The position numbers were made by a program, and so were the translations under genes. The notes beneath the pieces are model-generated. The model made no database searches. It had not been told where the DNA came from and saw only the letters and a program-made list of their open reading frames with translations. From positions 1,037-65,036 of the IMG/VR virus record IMGVR_UViG_3300045988_180454: a DNA stretch of 64,000 bases; one strand, given 5' to 3'. This DNA comes from a virus. Positions within the stretch are counted from its first letter, which is position 1. Each line of letters starts with the position of its first letter. Below are positions 8,210-16,083 of the stretch, one piece after another.

Positions 8210-8751
8210 GTGACCAAGAAGAATGGTTAGGTGAATCAGCTGAATACTGGAAGCAGCATGCTGACAGCGCTCGGCATATGATGAGTTTGGTTGCAAGTCT
8301 TGAAAATTTGTTCTCATGTCGCTTCTCGCTCACCAGTGGTGGTGACTACTCTGACTTGTCCTCAGCTTTAGAAAAAAGTGTTTTCAATGAACTGGGGGAC
8401 ATAAATATCCGAGGCATGCGAGAATATATTGATGCTATAAAGCCAAAGCTTCGTATGACAAGTAATTGCCATCATGACGAAAATAAAGAACCTGTGCCTC
8501 AAGCCTGCGTGTATCAGTGGCGACTGTCTGATTACATCGAGGTAACAGAGCATATGATTGCGGCTTCTCGTTTATTTTTGAAGCTAGAGGATCCTATGCT
8601 CTTTGGCCGCAAAGATATTATGGATAAGATCAATGAATACCTGGAAGTAATTGAGAAGTTCAATTGTCTTCCTGCTTTTGAATACACCGATAAGTTTGCT
8701 AGAAGAGCAAGGATCAAACTAAAGGACATGGGATATAAGGAGGTAAAATGA
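8206..8751 (+). CDS. hypothetical protein
   Basis: GGGGAGG-N5-ATGA overlap. ORF of 181 aa. Confidence 0.65.
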   Translation: MSDQEEWLGESAEYWKQHADSARHMMSLVASLENLFSCRFSLTSGGDYSDLSSALEKSVFNELGDINIRGMREYIDAIKPKLRMTSNCHHDENKEPVPQACVYQWRLSDYIEVTEHMIAASRLFLKLEDPMLFGRKDIMDKINEYLEVIEKFNCLPAFEYTDKFARRARIKLKDMGYKEVK

Positions 8752-9221
8752 TTCTCGACATGACCTGTGGTGGGAAAAGCACCTGGTTTAATAAGCACCC
8801 AGAAGATACGGTGTTCCTAGATAAAAGAGTGGAGAAGCTTACTCTTTGTGATAATCGAGAAATCGAAGTAAGGCCTGACGTTCAAGCGGATTTTTGTCAA
8901 CTTCCCTTCGCCGACAATAGTTTTCATCTCGTGCTATTTGATCCGCCTCATCTAGAACGCCTAGGCGACACAAGCTGGATGTATGCAAAGTATGGAGCGC
9001 TTCTTCCTGATTGGAGAGACGTGCTAACTCAGGGCTTCTCGGAAGCGTTTCGGGTGCTCAAACCAAGCTGCGCTTTGGTGTTTAAGTGGAATGAGATTCA
9101 GATTCCAGTAAAAGAAATCACGGCCTTATCACCTTATCCACCCATGTTTGGTCACAGAAGTGGTAAGGTAAGTAAAACGCATTGGCTGACTTTTGTAAAA
9201 CCGGGAACCCTAGATGAATAA
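8748..9221 (+). CDS. small SAM-dependent methyltransferase (motif I DMTCGG, motif IV DPPH)
   Basis: ILDMTCGGKS ... LVLFDPPHL matches the N6A/N4C-type DPPY/H catalytic motif. At 157 aa there is no room for a classical target-recognition domain. Confidence 0.6.
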   Translation: MILDMTCGGKSTWFNKHPEDTVFLDKRVEKLTLCDNREIEVRPDVQADFCQLPFADNSFHLVLFDPPHLERLGDTSWMYAKYGALLPDWRDVLTQGFSEAFRVLKPSCALVFKWNEIQIPVKEITALSPYPPMFGHRSGKVSKTHWLTFVKPGTLDE

Positions 9222-9834
9222 CGAACAATACGAAGAGTTTATGAAGCTAGCTCAAGAGCAGAAACAGATTGCAAAAGATCTAGCTCAAACAGCGGAGGAG
9301 CTGGATTCCTATATGTCGTATTACCGTGCCACCGGCGTAGGCAAAGGCTTTGCGGGAATGTTCTACTCTGACGCAGAAAAAAGCCGTCTCTCTACTCTAG
9401 GCAGTTATTTTTCTGAGGAGATTGATAAGCTTCATCAAGCGATCAAGGAAATGAACGATGCTTACTTGAAAATTCGCCTGGATATTCCCGAGCTGCACCA
9501 ATCAGAATTGAAATCTTTGAGGGCAAAGGCACTCACTCTTCAGAAAGAAATTGCGTCCCAAGAAGCCTTACTGAAATTGGATGCAAGAAAGCGAAATTCC
9601 CAGGTAACGTTTAGCGTAATGTTTTTTGTTTGGCTTGGCGTTATTGGTTGGTACTTGGGATCCGTGATTATGTGCTTGATTGTCGCTAGCCTATTTCTGT
9701 TATACGGGTCTTGGGTAGCGTCACTCATTTTCTCTCCTGCTTTACAACAACAGCACAAAGAGTTAGAGGCAAATAAGGCAGAATTACAAGACAATGCTGC
9801 ACGACAAGCAGAGCTGAGTTTGGAGATGTACTAA
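9214..9834 (+). CDS. coiled-coil / 2-TM hairpin / coiled-coil membrane protein (array member 1)
   Basis: Heptad-rich charged N- and C-terminal parts flank the hydrophobic stretch VTFSVMFFVWLGVIGWYLGSVIMCLIVASLFLLYGSWVASLIF. Confidence 0.6.
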   Translation: MNNEQYEEFMKLAQEQKQIAKDLAQTAEELDSYMSYYRATGVGKGFAGMFYSDAEKSRLSTLGSYFSEEIDKLHQAIKEMNDAYLKIRLDIPELHQSELKSLRAKALTLQKEIASQEALLKLDARKRNSQVTFSVMFFVWLGVIGWYLGSVIMCLIVASLFLLYGSWVASLIFSPALQQQHKELEANKAELQDNAARQAELSLEMY

Positions 9835-10175
9835 TGTTATCGCCTGAGCTCAACGCAATGTTAACTAAAAAGAGCGATATTGAAGAACGGATCATTGCCC
9901 TTAAAGCTGAGCGCAAAGCGATTATTGGTTACTATATTCTTTGGACAGGTTTATGTATTCCTGTATTGGGTGTCTCGTGGTTGTTTACTGTAGTCTTGGG
10001 ACATACCGGAATTATTCTCCTTGGAATAGTTTGCTGCACAGTTTGGATATTAATGGTTTATGTTGGATCTGACGAGGTTCATAGAGAACTTTTTGATAAC
10101 ATCGAGGCAATGAGCAAGAACAAGGGCTTACTCAAGAAAGTAGAGAATCAAATTGAGGATTGGGTGACGAGATAG
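9834..10175 (+). CDS. coiled-coil / 2-TM / coiled-coil membrane protein (array member 2)
   Basis: TAATG overlap. Hydrophobic core IIGYYILWTGLCIPVLGVSWLFTVVLGHTGIILLGIVCCTVWILMVYV. Confidence 0.6.
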   Translation: MLSPELNAMLTKKSDIEERIIALKAERKAIIGYYILWTGLCIPVLGVSWLFTVVLGHTGIILLGIVCCTVWILMVYVGSDEVHRELFDNIEAMSKNKGLLKKVENQIEDWVTR

Positions 10176-10176
10176 G

Positions 10177-10863
10177 ATGAGTGAAGAAGAAAAACAAGTC
10201 GAGGCCCAACTCTTAACTCAGCTTCGCATACTCACAAGCAATCTCGAAACTGTATCTGACAAAGCAGATTATCTTGCAGAAAATCAAATTTCTTATGCAG
10301 ATTTTGTTCATTCTGCTAGTTATTGGCCTATGGATTATCGTAGGTTAGCAAATCTAGAAGATTATCGTCGGGAAATTACATTAACTGGCAAGTCGGCGGA
10401 AGCCGCGTTAGATCGAATATCTTCTATTGTTTATCAGACCAGAGGCATCATGTCGAATTTAAAGGAAGTTGTCGATAAACTTCCTGGGGTACAAAAAAGA
10501 AAGGAAAACCTGGAACGTATGAAGGAGACGAAAGAGCTAGATGAACGAGAGTTAGAGCTGAAGAAAGCCATTGTCTCAAAGCAGTCCGAAATAGAGAGAA
10601 CACAGAAAGGGATGAAAAGGATCCTGGGTTTCTCTTTTGTTACAATCCCCGTTTTTACCGCTGTCGGAATCCTTTTTCCTGCGGTGTGGGTGTTGTGCGT
10701 CACAACTATTTTTGTGGGGATTATCACACTGTTTCTTGCCTTTGTTATGCTCTCGGGTCTCGCAAAAGACGGTATAATAGATACCGGAAAGCTAGAAAAA
10801 GATAAAGTAGAGCTAGATTGGGTGCAAACCAAAAAAGCTCAGTTGTTTTTGGAGTCAAACTAA
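10177..10863 (+). CDS. coiled-coil / multi-TM / coiled-coil membrane protein (array member 3)
   Basis: Long charged helical N-terminus, then ILGFSFVTIPVFTAVGILFPAVWVLCVTTIFVGIITLFLAFVMLSGL. Confidence 0.6.
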   Translation: MSEEEKQVEAQLLTQLRILTSNLETVSDKADYLAENQISYADFVHSASYWPMDYRRLANLEDYRREITLTGKSAEAALDRISSIVYQTRGIMSNLKEVVDKLPGVQKRKENLERMKETKELDERELELKKAIVSKQSEIERTQKGMKRILGFSFVTIPVFTAVGILFPAVWVLCVTTIFVGIITLFLAFVMLSGLAKDGIIDTGKLEKDKVELDWVQTKKAQLFLESN

Positions 10864-11210
10864 TGAAAAACACTGAACAAGAGCTCTTTCAGTTAGAGGA
10901 AGAAGCGATAAAGCTTCGGACGGCAATTGAAAACAAAAATCTTGAACTCAAAGACCTGAAAAAGAAAACTGTATATGCAGCAGTATTCTATGCAGTAATC
11001 ACCGCTGTTTGTTTTAATTCCGCTTGGCACCAGACCTCAGATCTCAAAGCAGCGGGGCTTATCGCTTGCGGGATGCTGTTTCTTGGTATGTTCGGCACAT
11101 GCCTTACCGACCGGAAAGACGAACTTAGCCTCAAGAAAGGAATCAATCACATTGAGGCAAAGCTAGAGCAAAACCAAAAGAAGCAAGCTGACTTGCTGTT
11201 GGGACTGTAA
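10863..11210 (+). CDS. coiled-coil / 2-TM / coiled-coil membrane protein (array member 4)
   Basis: ATG 10863 forms a TAATG overlap with the upstream stop. Hydrophobic segments VYAAVFYAVITAVCF and AAGLIACGMLFLGMFGTCL. Confidence 0.55.
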   Translation: MKNTEQELFQLEEEAIKLRTAIENKNLELKDLKKKTVYAAVFYAVITAVCFNSAWHQTSDLKAAGLIACGMLFLGMFGTCLTDRKDELSLKKGINHIEAKLEQNQKKQADLLLGL

Positions 11211-11212
11211 AA

Positions 11213-11365
11213 ATGATTTTAACCATTATCAACATTGCAATGTTATGTGTCGCCTGTACCTTGTCCTTCCTGTCGGCGAAGACCCTTCGGGAAACATCTT
11301 ATGTTAATAGACGAATAGCTGAGCTAGAAAGGCTCAAGAAAGCTTTGGAGGCGAAAGGTGAGTGA
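11213..11365 (+). CDS. 50-aa TM + coiled-coil peptide (array member 5; too short for the ORF track)
   Basis: Hand translation: MILTIINIAMLCVACTLSFLSAKTLRETSYVNRRIAELERLKKALEAKGE. Starts 3 nt after the upstream stop. Its end overlaps the next start (GTGAGTGA). Confidence 0.45.
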   Translation: MILTIINIAMLCVACTLSFLSAKTLRETSYVNRRIAELERLKKALEAKGE

Positions 11366-11549
11366 TACCTTATCCACTGTGATTTTCGCCTCCCTTGCAG
11401 GTCTATTTGTTGTCAATTACTACGTCGCTAAAAAGGATTATCAGAAAAGTGTTCAAAAAGATCAAGAAATGGTGCAAGAATTACTACGATGCATTCGTGA
11501 GTTTGATTCGTCACATCACCAAGCGGGAAACCCCGAAGCATCTTCCTGA
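11358..11549 (+). CDS. TM + helical tail small protein (array member 6)
   Basis: GTG start coupled to the previous ORF. Hydrophobic N-terminal segment VIFASLAGLFVVNYYV. Confidence 0.5.
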   Translation: MSDTLSTVIFASLAGLFVVNYYVAKKDYQKSVQKDQEMVQELLRCIREFDSSHHQAGNPEASS

Positions 11550-11594
11550 GTTCCCAGTAGAAAAGTGGCTTGCGTTACAATCCGCTCAAGTTGC

Positions 11595-11624
11595 TTGACA
11601 ACGATGATCTAGAAACCTTACAAT
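11595..11624 (+). promoter_or_regulatory. sigma-70-like promoter TTGACA-N18-TACAAT
   Basis: TTGACA at 11595-11600 and TACAAT at 11619-11624, in an intergenic region. Confidence 0.55.
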
Positions 11625-11630
11625 GAAATC

Positions 11631-11812
11631 ATCTTCTTAACGAAGAGCCCTGGTAGGTTTACACGCTACTATCTCCTTTTCACCTATTTTTGCGTTTGGA
11701 GTTCAATTCTCCAACAGGGCACGGGTTCAACTCCCCTCGCAGTACAAAATGGCGTTTCTGTGTATGTGAACTGAGGTTCAACAAACCCCCGGTAACCCCG
11801 GGGGTTTTGTGT
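11631..11812 (+). ncRNA. candidate ~180-nt small RNA with a tRNA-like domain, between a promoter and an intrinsic terminator
   Basis: No ORF. GCCCTG (11648-11653) pairs with CAGGGC (11715-11720), enclosing the hairpins GTAG-N9-CTAC and TGGAG-TTCAATT-CTCCA (T-arm-like). A second GGGTTCAACTCCC element follows. No convincing anticodon arm could be drawn. Confidence 0.35.
11783..11812 (+). terminator. rho-independent terminator
   Basis: 10-bp stem AAACCCCCGG/CCGGGGGTTT with loop TAACC, followed by a T-rich tail. Confidence 0.7.
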
Positions 11813-11825
11813 TACCATAATCACT

Positions 11826-12062
11826 ATGACTGAAACCAATCCAGAAATGGAAAAAGCACTAGCTGACGTGCTAAAATTTGTTGATGAGAACACCAAAACC
11901 AGTGAGAAGAAACCGTTCTGGCCTGGTGTTATTTTTGCCTTTGTGCTTGTTGCCGTAGGCTATTTGACGTTTGAATCGTGGTTTGCAATGGGACAATATG
12001 TCCTAGCGTCCATGGTTCTTTTGCTCTCTATGGCGCCACTTTTGGTCACAGAAAAGGAATAA
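11826..12062 (+). CDS. 2-TM small membrane protein (array member 7)
   Basis: Hydrophobic segments WPGVIFAFVLVAVGYL and YVLASMVLLLSMAPLLV. Ends 1 nt before nrdE. Confidence 0.55.
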   Translation: MTETNPEMEKALADVLKFVDENTKTSEKKPFWPGVIFAFVLVAVGYLTFESWFAMGQYVLASMVLLLSMAPLLVTEKE

Positions 12063-12063
12063 C

Positions 12064-14208
12064 ATGAAAGAGTATCTTCAACTCAATTCCCAGCTCAATT
12101 TGATTGGGTCAGATGGCAAACCGCAGTTCGAGAAAGACAAAAATGCGCTAGAAAACTATATTGAGACTGAAGTAAAGCCTCGGGACTACTTCTTGGCTCA
12201 CGGAATGAACTTGAAGGAGAAGTACGACTATCTCAATGAGAATATGTACATTGATAGCGGGGTGGTATGTAAGTACGGCTCTCAATTTTTCTTTAATTTA
12301 GTTACCGAGATTGAAGAAAAGATCGGTCAGTTCGGGTTCTTTGAAACATTCATGTCAGCCTATAAATTCTATCAGCAATACGCCTTGAAGAGCCGGGACG
12401 GCAAATGGTTCTTGGAAAACATTTGTGACCGGATTGTGCTCACCGCAGTGAGCTATTCCAGTAGTGAAGGTCATGCTAAAGATATGGCTCACTATATGGC
12501 TCAGAAGCGCTTTCAGCCTGCCACACCTACCTTCCTGAACGCTGGTCGTGTAGCAGGTGGAGAAGCGGTGTCGTGCTATCTTTTGCGAGTAGAAGACAAC
12601 ATGGAGTCAATCGGCGCCTCTATCACCAACTCCCTTCAGCTTTCAAAACGCGGAGGTGGGGTCGCCTTGTTGCTTACCAATCTTCGTGAGGCAGGAGCAC
12701 CTATCCAAGAGATCGAGAACCGGTCTTCCGGCGTCATTCCGGTCATGAAGCTACTAGAAGATGCTTTTTCCTACGCCAACCAGCTTGGCGCTCGCCAAGG
12801 CGCAGGCGCGGTATATCTCAACGCACACCACCCGGATATCCTAAAGTTCCTAGACACCAAGCGGGAAAACGCGGATGAGAAGATCCGAATCAAAACCTTG
12901 TCACTCGGCGTAGTGATTCCTGATATCACCTTTGAACTAGCCCAGCGGAACGAAGACATGTACCTGTTCAGTCCGTATGACATCTACAATGTTACGGGTC
13001 AGCCACTAAGTGATTTGTCAGTGACGGAACACTATTACGAGTGGGTAGAAAATTCCGACATCAAGAAGACGAAGATTAGTGCTCGGCGACTTTTCCAAAC
13101 CCTAGCAGAAATTCAGTTTGAGTCCGGCTATCCGTATATCCTGTTTGAAGACACTGCCAATAAGTACAATTGGTATCCAGAGCAGGGACGGATTAATATG
13201 TCGAACTTGTGCTCTGAAATTCTTCAGGTAAATTCGGCCTCCTCCTTTTTTGATAATGGCGACCCCAGCTATACAGGTATGGATATCGCTTGTAACCTTG
13301 GGTCATTCAACGTTGCAAAAATGATGGAATGCGAGAGTTTCAAGGACTTTCATCAGACAGTAATGGCTGCGGTCAAGTTCCTCACTAATGTTTCGGAATC
13401 TGTCTCCACTAATCATGATTTCCCGGTACGAAGCATTCGCAACGGTGCCGCTCTTACTTGCTCTATTGGCCTAGGTCAAATGAATCTCCATGGGTATCTT
13501 ATTACCCAGAATATCGAGTACGGTTCTCCAGAAGCAGTAGACTTTTTCCGCCGATACATGGCGCTTATTGCTTATTGTGCGGAATCTGCATCCATGGAGA
13601 CGGCTAAGCTGACAGGTAAAGTAGCTTCCCGAGCGGATCAGTGGCAATATATCGAAAAAATAAGGTTCTATAAGCGAGAAGCATCAAAGCTTCCTCAAGT
13701 GGGACAAGGCACGCCTGAGTGGTTTAAAGAAGATGTAGCTGGTCGATTTGAAGAGTTGTTCTATCAGGTTAAAGGCAGTCTGTCTGATAATCCGGTAACC
13801 AATATGTACCTGCAAGCGATCCCACCGACTGGTTCGATTTCCTATCTCACAAACGCCACCCCTGGTATCCAGCCAGCGACAGACGTCATCGAGACGCGCA
13901 AGGAAGGCAAGACAGGCCGCACCTACGTTCCAACATACGGGGTAAATAAAGACAACTACCAATCAATTACCACTGCCTACAACCTTGACCAACAGCGAGT
14001 AATCGACATGTATGCAGCAGCAACTCCTTGGGTTGACCAGGGGATTTCCGCTGTTCTGTTTTACCCCAACACAGCCACTACCCGTGACGTGGTGAAGAAC
14101 TATATTTATGCTCACAAGCAGGGACTAAAGACCTTATATTACATGCGAGTGCGCCAACAAGCGCTTCCCGGTACTGAGGTAGCGGAATGCGTAAGCTGTG
14201 TTTTATAA
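12064..14208 (+). CDS. nrdE: class Ib ribonucleotide reductase alpha subunit
   Basis: 714 aa. Active-site NLCSEI motif and C-terminal CVSC redox pair. Lies in a context with nrdF, nrdH and nrdI. Confidence 0.9.
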   Translation: MKEYLQLNSQLNLIGSDGKPQFEKDKNALENYIETEVKPRDYFLAHGMNLKEKYDYLNENMYIDSGVVCKYGSQFFFNLVTEIEEKIGQFGFFETFMSAYKFYQQYALKSRDGKWFLENICDRIVLTAVSYSSSEGHAKDMAHYMAQKRFQPATPTFLNAGRVAGGEAVSCYLLRVEDNMESIGASITNSLQLSKRGGGVALLLTNLREAGAPIQEIENRSSGVIPVMKLLEDAFSYANQLGARQGAGAVYLNAHHPDILKFLDTKRENADEKIRIKTLSLGVVIPDITFELAQRNEDMYLFSPYDIYNVTGQPLSDLSVTEHYYEWVENSDIKKTKISARRLFQTLAEIQFESGYPYILFEDTANKYNWYPEQGRINMSNLCSEILQVNSASSFFDNGDPSYTGMDIACNLGSFNVAKMMECESFKDFHQTVMAAVKFLTNVSESVSTNHDFPVRSIRNGAALTCSIGLGQMNLHGYLITQNIEYGSPEAVDFFRRYMALIAYCAESASMETAKLTGKVASRADQWQYIEKIRFYKREASKLPQVGQGTPEWFKEDVAGRFEELFYQVKGSLSDNPVTNMYLQAIPPTGSISYLTNATPGIQPATDVIETRKEGKTGRTYVPTYGVNKDNYQSITTAYNLDQQRVIDMYAAATPWVDQGISAVLFYPNTATTRDVVKNYIYAHKQGLKTLYYMRVRQQALPGTEVAECVSCVL

Positions 14209-14217
14209 CACAATAAG

Positions 14218-14245
14218 TTGTCTAGCCCCCTAGGGTTTGTATAAT
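14218..14245 (+). promoter_or_regulatory. promoter candidate TTGTCT-N16-TATAAT
   Basis: TTGTCT at 14218-14223 and TATAAT at 14240-14245, between nrdE and the next ORF. Confidence 0.45.
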
Positions 14246-14278
14246 GGGGGCATACATACACACAGAAAGGAAGAGGAG

Positions 14279-14860
14279 TTGTACCGTTCAAAACAACGGG
14301 TTCACTGCGAGTTTCGAGATGATTTCTTTGATAAACTCGATGAAATCCTTAATACATCAAATCAAAAACTAACAGTACCTCAAAAAGCAAAGCTCATCGC
14401 TGCACCTGGTTTTTCTGTTGCCACAGCTAAGGATCAGCTTTACTATCGGGGGAAGAAGAGTCCATCAACTCAAAGGGTAGTATCACTCATGAATGTCACC
14501 CAGATGGACTTTGAAGAGGTAGTTTCTTACGTTTATATGGGTAACCCTCGCGTTCAGGCAAATGAGTCAAATGAGCCTAAGTTAGTGCCTCCATATGCCC
14601 CCGGCGGAAAATACTGTGCTTTCCGTCCCTGGGTGTTCCCGTATCTCCGCCGAAACCTACACTATGCTAACTGGGAGGTTTTCACCAAGATTGTTGGTTT
14701 TGATTACAACACAGTAAACGTGCCCTCCCAGCGGGTGCCTATTCTTGAATCGGTGATTTACATTCTTGAGTTACTAAAGAAGATTGGAATGAAGAGCGTT
14801 AAGTTCCAAGACATCATCGTTATGGAACCAGATGTATTGCCTGAGGCAAAGGCAAGCTAG
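14279..14860 (+). CDS. hypothetical protein inserted between nrdE and nrdF
   Basis: TTG 14279 is preceded by AAAGGAAGAGGAG. The track's longer start at 14237 would overlap the TATAAT box. No homing-endonuclease motif was recognised. Confidence 0.5.
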   Translation: MYRSKQRVHCEFRDDFFDKLDEILNTSNQKLTVPQKAKLIAAPGFSVATAKDQLYYRGKKSPSTQRVVSLMNVTQMDFEEVVSYVYMGNPRVQANESNEPKLVPPYAPGGKYCAFRPWVFPYLRRNLHYANWEVFTKIVGFDYNTVNVPSQRVPILESVIYILELLKKIGMKSVKFQDIIVMEPDVLPEAKAS

Positions 14861-14873
14861 AAAGGAAGAAAAA

Positions 14874-15839
14874 ATGGCTTTTACAGCCGTTGATTGGAAT
14901 AATCTCAAAGATCCACTTGATCTTGACGTATGGAATCGGATGACTGGTAATTTCTGGTTGCCAGAGAAGATTCCGCTTAGCAATGACCTGCCTTCGTGGA
15001 GTACGGTTCCTCGGGAGGAACAGCTTGCGCTAGAGCGTGCTTTCGCGGGGCTCACGGTGCTAGATACGATCCAAAGCGAGGTCGGTGCTCACGCTGTCGG
15101 CACCTACGCACACAGCCACCATGAAGAAGCTTGTATGGCGTTTATTGGTGGTATGGAAGCTATTCACGCTCGGTCTTATAGCTCAATCTTTACGACGCTC
15201 AACAGCACTGAGCAGATCGAAGCGGCTTTTGATTTTGCGCACACTAACGCAAATCTTCAAGCGCAAGCCCGGCTTATCGTTGAGTATTACAAATCCCATG
15301 CGGGGGACCTGGAAAGTCGAGAATTTTTCTGCCGAACCGCAAGCGTATTCCTAGAAAGTTTCCTGTTCTACTCGGGTTTTTATCCAGCCTTGCGGCTTTG
15401 TGCAGAGGGGAAGTGTACAAATACCGCAGACATTATCCGGCTTATTATGCGTGACGAGGGCATTCACGGATACTACATTGGCCTGAAAGCGAAAGCCCTT
15501 TTTGACACCCTGCCTCAAGATCGAAAAGAACTTCTCGCAGGACGTGCGTTGTTGTTGGTTCGTAAACTCTATGAACTTCAAGTAGATTACGTACATGATT
15601 TGTATGCTGATACCACATGGGAAGAAGACGCTCTAAAGTATTCCGCGTACAATGCCAACAAAGCCTTAACCAATCTTGGTCTTCCTGTCGAGTTTAAGCC
15701 TGAAGAGGTAGATGTGTCGCCTGCTATCTTGGCGCAGATGACGCTGGAAACCAATGAAACTCATGACTTTTTCTCTGGGTCTGGGTCTTCGTATATCCTT
15801 GCAAAAACAGAAGAATTGAGTGATGATGACTGGAATTGA
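14874..15839 (+). CDS. nrdF: class Ib ribonucleotide reductase beta subunit
   Basis: AAAGGAAG-N6-ATG. NFWLPEKIPLSND near the N-terminus. Metal-ligand motifs EAIHARSY and RDEGIH. Confidence 0.9.
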   Translation: MAFTAVDWNNLKDPLDLDVWNRMTGNFWLPEKIPLSNDLPSWSTVPREEQLALERAFAGLTVLDTIQSEVGAHAVGTYAHSHHEEACMAFIGGMEAIHARSYSSIFTTLNSTEQIEAAFDFAHTNANLQAQARLIVEYYKSHAGDLESREFFCRTASVFLESFLFYSGFYPALRLCAEGKCTNTADIIRLIMRDEGIHGYYIGLKAKALFDTLPQDRKELLAGRALLLVRKLYELQVDYVHDLYADTTWEEDALKYSAYNANKALTNLGLPVEFKPEEVDVSPAILAQMTLETNETHDFFSGSGSSYILAKTEELSDDDWN

Positions 15840-16083
15840 TAACCCAAATGTGGTAAAAGGCAAGAGTCTAGAGATTATTCCTTGGGAGGGGCAGAAGGTT
15901 ATTCTGCATAACCTAGCGTCAACCAAGGCGGTGAAGGAAATGAAAGCCCGCGGGTTTCTTTGGCAAGATAAAAAACCTGACGGTACACCGTTTTACTATT
16001 TTGATTTTGCCTACGGCACCGAAGAGATTTTGGTGAGTGTACTACACGGCCTCGGCTTCCAGAAGTGGCGAAAGGATAAATAA
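15820..16083 (+). CDS. hypothetical protein
   Basis: 87-aa ORF overlapping the nrdF end. Start could be 15820, 15823 or 15826. Confidence 0.5.
   Translation: MMMTGIDNPNVVKGKSLEIIPWEGQKVILHNLASTKAVKEMKARGFLWQDKKPDGTPFYYFDFAYGTEEILVSVLHGLGFQKWRKDK

Noticed and set aside
11395-11598. 67-aa alternative-frame ORF overlapping 11358-11549
   Set aside because: The competing frame is translationally coupled to the upstream gene and fits the TM-plus-helix family pattern. The alternative frame has no RBS.
11648-11722. Canonical tRNA gene
   Set aside because: Acceptor-like, D-like and T-arm-like helices can be drawn. The 27 nt where the anticodon arm should be form no 5-bp stem, the D-loop lacks the GG, and there is no spacer between the acceptor and D stems. 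It is kept only as a tRNA-like ncRNA candidate.
14237-14860. Homing endonuclease or intein between nrdE and nrdF
   Set aside because: No LAGLIDADG, GIY-YIG, HNH or intein splice-junction motifs were recognised. nrdE and nrdF both appear intact. The ORF is kept as a hypothetical protein.
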